DNA of 37,026 nt from Macrostomum lignano (taxonomy: Eukaryota): assembly GCA_002269645.1 (NCBI GenBank), contig NIVC01000828.1:54978-92003 (forward strand), in the 5' to 3' direction. The notes under the pieces are model-generated. The model was given only the letters and a program-made list of their open reading frames with translations. It had not been told where the DNA came from and searched no databases. This document shows positions 12,201-24,200 of this stretch, one piece after another (within the stretch, counting starts at the first letter, position 1; each line of letters opens with the position of its first letter). Both the position numbers and the translations under genes were made by a program.

Positions 12201-15200
12201 GGTCGGCTCCGTTCGAGCGAAACAAGAAGTAGACGGCATGGGCGTCTGTGAGATGCTGCAGACATCGGACTCGACAATGCGCTACAAAGAAGAGCTACAA
12301 GTGAGAGAATGCGCTTCGTTCCTTGAGACATCCTTCATGGTCGGCTCCGTTCGAGCGAAACAGGATGTGGAGGACATGGGCGTCTGTGAGATGCTGCAGA
12401 CATCAGTCGGTCGGTACGCTACAAGGAAGAGCTTGAAGTAAGAGAGTGCGCATCCTTCCTCGAGACTTCGGTCATGGTCGGCTCCGTTCGAGCGAAACAA
12501 GAAGTAGACGGCATGGGCGTCTGTGAGATGCTGCAGACATCAGTCGGGTCGGTACGCTACAAGGAAGAGCTTGAAGTAAGAGAGTGCGCATCCTTCCTCG
12601 AGACTTCGGTCATGGTCGGCTCTGTTCGAGCGAAACAAGAAGTAGACGGCATGGGCGTCTGTGAGATGCTGCAGACATCGGACTCGACAATGCGCTACAA
12701 AGAAGAGCTAGAAGTGAAAGAATGCGCTTCGTTCCTTGAGACATCCTTCATGGTCGGCTCCGTTCGAGCGAAACAGGATGTGGAGGACATGGGCGTCTGT
12801 GAGATGCTGCAGACATCAGTCGGGTCGGTACGCTACAAGGAAGAGCTTGAAGTAAGAGAGTGCGCATCCTTCCTCGAGACTTCGGTCATGGTCGGCTCCG
12901 TTCGAGCGAAACAGGATGTGGAGGACATGGGCGTCTGTGAGATGCTGCAGACATCGGACTCGACAATGCGCTACAAAGAAGAGCTAGAAGTGAGAGAATG
13001 CGCTTCGTTCCTTGAGACATCCTTCATGGTCGGCTCCGTTCGAGCGAAACAGGATGTGGAGGACATGGGCGTCTGTGAGATGCTGCAGACATCGGACTCG
13101 ACAATGCGCTACAAAGAAGAGCTAGAAGTGAGAGAATGCGCTTCGTTCCTTGAGACATCCTTCATGGTCGGCTCCGTTCGAGCGAAACAGGATGTGGAGG
13201 ACATGGGCGTCTGTGAGATGCTGCAGACATCAGTCGGGTCGGTACGCTACAAGGAAGAGCTTGAAGTAAGAGAGTGCGCATCCTTCCTCGAGACTTCGGT
13301 CATGGTCGGCTCCGTTCGAGCGAAACAGGATGTGGAGGACATGGGCGTCTGTGAGATGCTGCAGACATCAGTCGGGTCGGTACGCTACAAGGAAGAGCTT
13401 GAAGTAAGAGAGTGCGCATCCTTCCTCGAGACTTCGGTCATGGTCGGCTCTGTTCGAGCGAAACAAGAAGTAGACGGCATGGGCGTCTGTGAGATGCTGC
13501 AGACATCGGACTCGACAATGCGCTACAAAGAAGAGCTAGAAGTGAAAGAATGCGCTTCGTTCCTTGAGACATCCTTCATGGTCGGCTCCGTTCGAGCGAA
13601 ACAGGATGTGGAGGACATGGGCGTCTGTGAGATGCTGCAGACATCAGTCGGGTCGGTACGCTACAAGGAAGAGCTTGAAGTAGAGAGTGCGCATCCTTCC
13701 TCGAGACTTCGGTCATGGTCGGCTCCGTTCGAGCGAAACAAGAAGTAGACGGCATGGGCGTCTGTGAGATGCTGCAGACATCGGACTCGACAATGCGCTA
13801 CAAAGAAGAGCTAGAAGTGAGAGAATGCGCTTCGTTCCTTGAGACATCCTTCATGGTCGGCTCCGTTCGAGCGAAACAGGATGTGGAGGACATGGGCGTC
13901 TGTGAGATGCTGCAGACATCAGTCGGGTCGGTACGCTACAAGGAAGAGCTTGAAGTAAGAGAGTGCGCATCCTTCCTCGAGACTTCGTCATGGTCGGCTC
14001 CGTTCGAGCGAAACAGGATGTGGAGGACATGGGCGTCTGTGAGATGCTGCAGACATCGGACTCGACAATGCGCTACAAAGAAGAGCTAGAAGTGAGAGAA
14101 TGCGCTTCGTTCCTTGAGACATCCTTCATGGTCGGCTCCGTTCGAGCGAAACAGGATGTGGAGGACATGGGCGTCTGTGAGATGCTGCAGACATCAGTCG
14201 GGTCGGTACGCTACAAGGAAGAGCTTGAAGTAAGAGAGTGCGCATCCTTCCTCGAGACTTCAGTCGTGGTCGGCTCCGTTCGAGCGAAACAGGATGTGGA
14301 GGACATGGGCGTCTGTGAGATGCTGCAGACATCGGACTCGACAATGCGCTACAAAGAAGAGCTAGAAGTGAGAGAATGCGCTTCGTTCCTTGAGACATCC
14401 TTCATGGTCGGCTCCGTTCGAGCGAAACAGGATGTGGAGGACATGGGCGTCTGTGAGATGCTGCAGACATCAGTCGGGTCGGTACGCTACAAGGAAGAGC
14501 TTGAAGTAAGAGAGTGCGCATCCTTCCTCGAGACTTCGGTCATGGTCGGCTCCGTTCGAGCGAAACAGATGTAGACGGCATGGGCGTCTGTGAGATGCTG
14601 CAGACATCGGACTCGACAATGCGCTACAAAGAAGAGCTAGAAGTGAAGAATGCGCTTCGTTCCTTGAGACATCCTTCATGGTCGGCTCCGTTCGAGCGAA
14701 ACAGGATGTGGAGGACATGGGCGTCTGTGAGATGCTGCAGACATCGGACTCGACAATGCGCTACAAAGAAGAGCTAGAAGTGAGAGAATGCGCTTCGTTC
14801 CTTGAGACATCCTCATGGTCGGCTCCGTTCGAGCGAAACAGGATGTGGAGGACATGGGCGTCTGTGAGATGCTGCAGACATCAGTCGGGTCGGTACGCTA
14901 CAAGGAAGAGCTTGAAGTAAGAGAGTGCGCATCCTTCCTCGAGACTTCGGTCATGGTCGGCTCCGTTCGAGCGAAACAGGATGTGGAGGACATGGGCGTC
15001 TGTGAGATGCTGCAGACATCAGTCGGGTCGGTACGCTACAAGGAAGAGCTTGAAGTAAGAGAGTGCGCATCCTTCCTCGAGACTTCGGTCATGGTCGGCT
15101 CCGTTCGAGCGAAACAGGATGTGGAGGACATGGGCGTCTGTGAGATGCTGCAGACATCGGACTCGACAATGCGCTACAAAGAAGAGCTAGAAGTGAGAGA

Positions 15201-18200
15201 ATGCGCTTCGTTCCTTGAGACATCCTTCATGGTCGGCTCCGTTCGAGCGAAACAGGATGTGGAGGACATGGGCGTCTGTGAGATGCTGCAGACATCAGTC
15301 GGGTCGGTACGCTACAAGGAAGAGCTTGAAGTAAGAGAGTGCGCATCCTTCCTCGAGACTTCGGTCATGGTCGGCTCCGTTCGAGCGAAACAGGATGTGG
15401 AGGACATGGGCGTCTGTGAGATGCTGCAGACATCAGTCGGGTCGGTACGCTACAAGGAAGAGCTTGAAGTAAGAGAGTGCGCATCCTTCCTCGAGACTTC
15501 GTCATGGTCGGCTCCGTTCGAGCGAAACAGGATGTGGAGGACATGGGCGTCTGTGAGATGCTGCAGACATCGGACTCGACAATGCGCTACAAAGAAGAGC
15601 TAGAAGTGAGAGAATGCGCTTCGTTCCTTGAGACATCCTTCATGGTCGGCTCCGTTCGAGCGAAACAGGATGTGGAGGACATGGGCGTCTGTGAGATGCT
15701 GCAGACATCAGTCGGGTCGGTACGCTACAAGGAAGAGCTTGAAGTAAGAGAGTGCGCATCCTTCCTCGAGACTTCGGTCATGGTCGGCTCCGTTCGAGCG
15801 AAACAGATGTAGAGGCATGGGCGTCTGTGAGATGCTGCAGACATCGGACTCGACAATGCGCTACAAAGAAGAGCTAGAAGTGAAGAATGCGCTTCGTTCC
15901 TTGAGACATCCTTCATGGTCGGCTCCGTTCGAGCGAAACAGGATGTGGAGGACATGGGCGTCTGTGAGATGCTGCAGACATCAGTCGGGTCGGTACGCTA
16001 CAAGGAAGAGCTTGAAGTAAGAGAGTGCGCATCCTTCCTCGAGACTTCCATGGTCGGCTCCGTTCGAGCGAAACAGATGTGGAGGACATGGGCGTCTGTG
16101 AGATGCTGCAGACATCGGACTCGACAATGCGCTACAAAGAAGAGCTAGAAGTGAGAGAATGCGCTTCGTTCCTTGAGACATCCTTCATGGTCGGCTCCGT
16201 TCGAGCGAAACAGGATGTGGAGGACATGGGCGTCTGTGAGATGCTGCAGACATCAGTCGGGTCGGTACGCTACAAGGAAGAGCTTGAAGTAAGAGAGTGC
16301 GCATCCTTCCTCGAGACTTCGTCATGGTCGGCTCCGTTCGAGCGAAACAGGATGTGGAGGACATGGGCGTCTGTGAGATGCTGCAGACATCGGACTCGAC
16401 AATGCGCTACAAAGAAGAGCTAGAAGTGAGAGAATGCGCTTCGTTCCTTGAGACATCCTTCATGGTCGGCTCCGTTCGAGCGAAACAGGATGTGGAGGAC
16501 ATGGGCGTCTGTGAGATGCTGCAGACATCAGTCGGGTCGGTACGCTACAAGGAAGAGCTTGAAGTAAGAGAGTGCGCATCCTTCCTCGAGACTTCGGTCA
16601 TGGTCGGCTCCGTTCGAGCGAAACAGAAGTAGACGGCATGGGCGTCTGTGAGATGCTGCAGACATCGGACTCGACAATGCGCTACAAAGAAGAGCTAGAA
16701 GTGAAGAATGCGCTTCGTTCCTTGAGACATCCTTCATGGTCGGCTCCGTTCGAGCGAAACAGGATGTGGAGGACATGGGCGTCTGTGAGATGCTGCAGAC
16801 ATCGGACTCGACAATGCGCTACAAAGAAGAGCTAGAAGTGAGAGAATGCGCTTCGTTCCTTGAGACATCCTTCATGGTCGGCTCCGTTCGAGCGAAACAG
16901 GATGTGGAGGACATGGGCGTCTGTGAGATGCTGCAGACATCAGTCGGGTCGGTACGCTACAAGGAAGAGCTTGAAGTAAGAGAGTGCGCATCCTTCCTCG
17001 AGACTTCGGTCATGGTCGGCTCCGTTCGAGCGAAACAGGATGTGGAGGACATGGGCGTCTGTGAGATGCTGCAGACATCAGTCGGGTCGGTACGCTACAA
17101 GGAAGAGCTTGAAGTAAGAGAGTGCGCATCCTTCCTCGAGACTTCGGTCATGGTCGGCTCCGTTCGAGCGAAACAGGATGTGGAGGACATGGGCGTCTGT
17201 GAGATGCTGCAGACATCGGACTCGACAATGCGCTACAAAGAAGAGCTAGAAGTGAGAGAATGCGCTTCGTTCCTTGAGACATCCTTCATGGTCGGCTCCG
17301 TTCGAGCGAAACAGGATGTGGAGGACATGGGCGTCTGTGAGATGCTGCAGACATCGGACTCGACAATGCGCTACAAAGAAGAGCTAGAAGTGAGAGAATG
17401 CGCTTCGTTCCTTGAGACATCCTTCATGGTCGGCTCCGTTCGAGCGAAACAGGATGTGGAGGACATGGGCGTCTGTGAGATGCTGCAGACATCGGACTCG
17501 ACAATGCGCTACAAAGAAGAGCTAGAAGTGAAGAATGCGCTTCGTTCCTTGAGACATCCTTCATGGTCGGCTCCGTTCGAGCGAAACAGGATGTGGAGGA
17601 CATGGGCGTCTGTGAGATGCTGCAGACATCAGTCGGGTCGGTACGCTACAAGGAAGAGCTTGAAGTAAGAGAGTGCGCATCCTTCCTCGAGACTTCGGTC
17701 ATGGTCGGCTCCGTTCGAGCGAAACAGGATGTGGAGGACATGGGCGTCTGTGAGATGCTGCAGACATCAGTCGGGTCGGTACGCTACAAGGAAGAGCTTG
17801 AAGTAAGAGAGTGCGCATCCTTCCTCGAGACTTCGGTCATGGTCGGCTCCGTTCGAGCGAAACAGGATGTGGAGGACATGGGCGTCTGTGAGATGCTGCA
17901 GACATCGGACTCGACAATGCGCTACAAAGAAGAGCTAGAAGTGAGAGAATGCGCTTCGTTCCTTGAGACATCCTTCATGGTCGGCTCCGTTCGAGCGAAA
18001 CAGGATGTGGAGGACATGGGCGTCTATGAGATGCTGCAGACATCGGACTCGACAATGCGCTACAAAGAAGAGCTAGAAGTGAGAGAATGCGCTTCGTTCC
18101 TTGAGACATCCTTCATGGTCGGCTCCGTTCGAGCGAAACAGGATGTGGAGGACATGGGCGTCTGTGAGATGCTGCAGACATCAGTCGGGTCGGTACGCTA

Positions 18201-21200
18201 CAAGGAAGAGCTTGAAGTAAGAGAGTGCGCATCCTTCCTCGAGACTTCGGTCATGGTCGGCTCCGTTCGAGCGAAACAGGATGTGGAGGACATGGGCGTC
18301 TGTGAGATGCTGCAGACATCAGTCGGGTCGGTACGCTACAAGAAGAGCTTGAAGTAAGAGAGTGCGCATCCTTCCTCGAGACTTCGGTCATGGTCGGCTC
18401 CGTTCGAGCGAAACAGGATGTGGAGGACATGGGCGTCTGTGAGATGCTGCAGACATCGGACTCGACAATGCGCTACAAAGAAGAGCTAGAAGTGAGAGAA
18501 TGCGCTTCGTTCCTTGAGACATCCTTCATGGTCGGCTCCGTTCGAGCGAAACAGGATGTGGAGGACATGGGCGTCTGTGAGATGCTGCAGACATCAGTCG
18601 GGTCGGTACGCTACAAGGAAGAGCTTGAAGTAAGAGAGTGCGCATCCTTCCTCGAGACTTCGGTCATGGTCGGCTCCGTTCGAGCGAAACAGGATGTGGA
18701 GGACATGGGCGTCTGTGAGATGCTGCAGACATCGGACTCGACAATGCGCTACAAAGAAGAGCTGGAAGTGAGAGAATGCGCTTCGTTCCTTGAGACATCC
18801 TTCATGGTCGGCTCCGTTCGAGCGAAACAGGATGTGGAGGACATGGGCGTCTGTGAGATGCTGCAGACATCAGTCGGGTCGGTACGCTACAAGGAAGAGC
18901 TTGAAGTAAGAGAGTGCGCATCCTTCCTCGAGACTTCGGTCATGGTCGGCTCCGTTCGAGCGAAACAGGATGTGGAGGACATGGGCGTCTGTGAGATGCT
19001 GCAGACATCAGTCGGGTCGGTACGCTACAAGGAAGAGCTTGAGTAAGAGAGTGCGCATCCTTCCTCGAGACTTCGGTCATGGTCGGCTCCGTTCGAGCGA
19101 AACAGGATGTGGAGGACATGGGCGTCTGTGAGATGCTGCAGACATCGGACTCGACAATGCGCTACAAAGAAGAGCTAGAAGTGAGAGAATGCGCTTCGTT
19201 CCTTGAGACATCCTTCATGGTCGGCTCCGTTCGAGCGAAACAGGATGTGGAGGACATGGGCGTCTGTGAGATGCTGCAGACATCAGTCGGGTCGGTACGC
19301 TACAAGAAGAGCTTGAAGTAAGAGAGTGCGCATCCTTCCTCGAGACTTCGGTCATGGTCGGCTCCGTTCGAGCGAAACAGATGTGAGGACATGGGCGTCT
19401 GTGAGATGCTGCAGACATCGGACTCGACAATGCGCTACAAAGAAGAGCTAGAAGTGAGAGAATGCGCTTCGTTCCTTGAGACATCCTTCATGGTCGGCTC
19501 CGTTCGAGCGAAACAGGATGTGGAGGACATGGGCGTCTGTGAGATGCTGCAGACATCGGACTCGACAATGCGCTACAAAGAAGAGCTAGAAGTGAGAGAA
19601 TGCGCTTCGTTCCTTGAGACATCCTTCATGGTCGGCTCCGTTCGAGCGAAACAGGATGTGGAGGACATGGGCGTCTGTGAGATGCTGCAGACATCAGTCG
19701 GGTCGGTACGCTACAAGGAAGAGCTTGAAGTAAGAGAGTGCGCATCCTTCCTCGAGACTTCGGTCATGGTCGGCTCCGTTCGAGCGAAACAGGATGTGGA
19801 GGACATGGGCGTCTGTGAGATGCTGCAGACATCAGTCGGGTCGGTACGCTACAAGGAAGAGCTTGAAGTAAGAGAGTGCGCATCCTTCCTCGAGACTTCG
19901 GTCATGGTCGGCTCCGTTCGAGCGAAACAGGATGTGGAGGACATGGGCGTCTGTGAGATGCTGCAGACATCAGTCGGGTCGGTACGCTACAAGGAAGAGC
20001 TTGAAGTAAGAGAGTGCGCATCCTTCCTCGAGACTTCGGTCATGGTCGGCTCCGTTCGAGCGAAACAGGATGTGGAGGACATGGGCGTCTGTGAGATGCT
20101 GCAGACATCGGACTCGACAATGCGCTACAAAGAAGAGCTAGAAGTGAGAGAATGCGCTTCGTTCCTTGAGACATCCTTCATGGTCGGCTCCGTTCGAGCG
20201 AAACAGGATGTGGAGGACATGGGCGTCTGTGAGATGCTGCAGACATCGGACTCGACAATGCGCTACAAAGAAGAGCTAGAAGTGAGAGAATGCGCTTCGT
20301 TCCTTGAGACATCCTTCATGGTCGGCTCCGTTCGAGCGAAACAGGATGTGGAGGACATGGGCGTCTGTGAGATGCTGCAGACATCGGACTCGACAATGCG
20401 CTACAAAGAAGAGCTAGAAGTGAAGAATGCGCTTCGTTCCTTGAGACATCCTTCATGGTCGGCTCCGTTCGAGCGAAACAGGATGTGGAGGACATGGGCG
20501 TCTGTGAGATGCTGCAGACATCAGTCGGGTCGGTACGCTACAAGGAAGAGCTTGAAGTAAGAGAGTGCGCATCCTTCCTCGAGACTTCGGTCATGGTCGG
20601 CTCCGTTCGAGCGAAACAGATGTGAGGCATGGGCGTCTGTGAGATGCTGCAGACATCAGTCGGGTCGGTACGCTACAAGGAAGAGCTTGAAGTAAGAGAG
20701 TGCGCATCCTTCCTCGAGACTTCGGTCATGGTCGGCTCCGTTCGAGCGAAACAGGATGTGGAGGACATGGGCGTCTGTGAGATGCTGCAGACATCGGACT
20801 CGACAATGCGCTACAAAGAAGAGCTAGAAGTGAGAGAATGCGCTTCGTTCCTTGAGACATCCTTCATGGTCGGCTCCGTTCGAGCGAAACAGGATGTGGA
20901 GGACATGGGCGTCTGTGAGATGCTGCAGACATCAGTCGGGTCGGTACGCTACAAGGAAGAGCTTGAAGTAAGAGAGTGCGCATCCTTCCTCGAGACTTCG
21001 TCATGGTCGGCTCCGTTCGAGCGAAACAGGATGTGGAGGACATGGGCGTCTGTGAGATGCTGCAGACATCGGACTCGACAATGCGCTACAAAGAAGAGCT
21101 AGAAGTGAGAGAATGCGCTTCGTTCCTTGAGACATCCTTCATGGTCGGCTCCGTTCGAGCGAAACAGGATGTGGAGGACATGGGCGTCTGTGAGATGCTG

Positions 21201-24200
21201 CAGACATCGGACTCGACAATGCGCTACAAAGAAGAGCTAGAAGTGAAGAATGCGCTTCGTTCCTTGAGACATCCTTCATGGTCGGCTCCGTTCGAGCGAA
21301 ACAGGATGTGGAGGACATGGGCGTCTGTGAGATGCTGCAGACATCAGTCGGTCGGTACGCTACAAGGAAGAGCTTGAAGTAAGAGAGTGCGCATCCTTCC
21401 TCGAGACTTCGGTCATGGTCGGCTCCGTTCGAGCGAAACAGGATGTGGAGGACATGGGCGTCTGTGAGATGCTGCAGACATCGGACTCGACAATGCGCTA
21501 CAAAGAAGAGCTAGAAGTGAGAGAATGCGCTTCGTTCCTTGAGACATCCTTCATGGTCGGCTCCGTTCGAGCGAAACAGGATGTGGAGGACATGGGCGTC
21601 TGTGAGATGCTGCAGACATCAGTCGGGTCGGTACGCTACAAGGAAGAGCTTGAAGTAAGAGAGTGCGCATCCTTCCTCGAGACTTCGTCATGGTCGGCTC
21701 CGTTCGAGCGAAACAGGATGTGGAGGACATGGGCGTCTGTGAGATGCTGCAGACATCGGACTCGACAATGCGCTACAAAGAAGAGCTAGAAGTGAGAGAA
21801 TGCGCTTCGTTCCTTGAGACATCCTTCATGGTCGGCTCCGTTCGAGCGAAACAGGATGTGGAGGACATGGGCGTCTGTGAGATGCTGCAGACATCAGTCG
21901 GGTCGGTACGCTACAAGGAAGAGCTTGAAGTAAGAGAGTGCGCATCCTTCCTCGAGACTTCGGTCATGGTCGGCTCCGTTCGAGCGAAACAGGATGTGGA
22001 GGACATGGGCGTCTGTGAGATGCTGCAGACATCAGTCGGGTCGGTACGCTACAAGGAAGAGCTTGAAGTAAGAGAGTGCGCATCCTTCCTCGAGACTTCG
22101 GTCATGGTCGGCTCCGTTCGAGCGAAACAGATGTAGGACATGGGCGTCTGTGAGATGCTGCAGACATCAGTCGGGTCGGTACGCTACAAGGAAGAGCTTG
22201 AAGTAAGAGAGTGCGCATCCTTCCTCGAGACTTCGGTCATGGTCGGCTCCGTTCGAGCGAAACAGGATGTGGAGGACATGGGCGTCTGTGAGATGCTGCA
22301 GACATCGGACTCGACAATGCGCTACAAAGAAGAGCTAGAAGTGAGAGAATGCGCTTCGTTCCTTGAGACATCCTTCATGGTCGGCTCCGTTCGAGCGAAA
22401 CAGGATGTGGAGGACATGGGCGTCTGTGAGATGCTGCAGACATCAGTCGGGTCGGTACGCTACAAGGAAGAGCTTGAAGTAAGAGAGTGCGCATCCTTCC
22501 TCGAGACTTCGGTCATGGTCGGCTCCGTTCGAGCGAAACAAGAAGTAGGACATGGGCGTCTGTGAGATGCTGCAGACATCGGACTCGACAATGCGCTACA
22601 AAGAAGAGCTAGAAGTGAGAGAATGCGCTTCGTTCCTTGAGACATCCTTCATGGTCGGCTCCGTTCGAGCGAAACAGGATGTGGAGGACATGGGCGTCTG
22701 TGAGATGCTGCAGACATCAGTCGGGTCGGTACGCTACAAGGAAGAGCTTGAAGTAAGAGAGTGCGCATCCTTCCTCGAGACTTCGGTCATGGTCGGCTCC
22801 GTTCGAGCGAAACAGGATGTGGAGGACATGGGCGTCTGTGAGATGCTGCAGACATCAGTCGGGTCGGTACGCTACAAGGAAGAGCTTGAAGTAAGAGAGT
22901 GCGCATCCTTCCTCGAGACTTCGGTCATGGTCGGCTCCGTTCGAGCGAAACAGGATGTGGAGGACATGGGCGTCTGTGAGATGCTGCAGACATCGGACTC
23001 GACAATGCGCTACAAAGAAGAGCTAGAAGTGAGAGAATGCGCTTCGTTCCTTGAGACATCCTTCATGGTCGGCTCCGTTCGAGCGAAACAGGATGTGGAG
23101 GACATGGGCGTCTGTGAGATGCTGCAGACATCGGACTCGACAATGCGCTACAAAGAAGAGCTAGAAGTGAGAGAATGCGCTTCGTTCCTTGAGACATCCT
23201 TCATGGTCGGCTCCGTTCGAGCGAAACAGGATGTGGAGGACATGGGCGTCTGTGAGATGCTGCAGACATCGGACTCGACAATGCGCTACAAAGAAGAGCT
23301 AGAAGTGAAAGGATGCGCTTCGTTCCTTGAGACATCCTTCATGGTCGGCTCCGTTCGAGCGAAACAGGATGTGGAGGACATGGGCGTCTGTGAGATGCTG
23401 CAGACATCAGTCGGGTCGGTACGCTACAAGGAAGAGCTTGAAGTAAGAGAGTGCGCATCCTTCCTCGAGACTTCGGTCATGGTCGGCTCCGTTCGAGCGA
23501 AACAGATGTGACGGCATGGGCGTCTGTGAGATGCTGCAGACATCAGTCGGGTCGGTACGCTACAAGGAAGAGCTTGAAGTAAGAGAGTGCGCATCCTTCC
23601 TCGAGACTTCGGTCATGGTCGGCTCCGTTCGAGCGAAACAGGATGTGGAGGACATGGGCGTCTGTGAGATGCTGCAGACATCGGACTCGACAATGCGCTA
23701 CAAAGAAGAGCTAGAAGTGAGAGAATGCGCTTCGTTCCTTGAGACATCCTTCATGGTCGGCTCCGTTCGAGCGAAACAGGATGTGGAGGACATGGGCGTC
23801 TGTGAGATGCTGCAGACATCAGTCGGGTCGGTACGCTACAAGGAAGAGCTTGAAGTAAGAGAGTGCGCATCCTTCCTCGAGACTTCGTCATGGTCGGCTC
23901 CGTTCGAGCGAAACAGGATGTGGAGGACATGGGCGTCTGTGAGATGCTGCAGACATCGGACTCGACAATGCGCTACAAAGAAGAGCTAGAAGTGAGAGAA
24001 TGCGCTTCGTTCCTTGAGACATCCTTCATGGTCGGCTCCGTTCGAGCGAAACAGGATGTGGAGGACATGGGCGTCTGTGAGATGCTGCAGACATCAGTCG
24101 GGTCGGTACGCTACAAGGAAGAGCTTGAAGTAAGAGAGTGCGCATCCTTCCTCGAGACTTCGGTCATGGTCGGCTCCGTTCGAGCGAAACAGGATGTGGA

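Noticed and set aside
2362-22645. Repeated minus-strand ORFs (MVSENVK..., MSQGTKR..., MSSTSCF...) and off-frame + ORF tails (…SWSAPFERNR…)
   Set aside because: They are shadows of the repeat unit or run-ons after deletions, with no independent coding signal.
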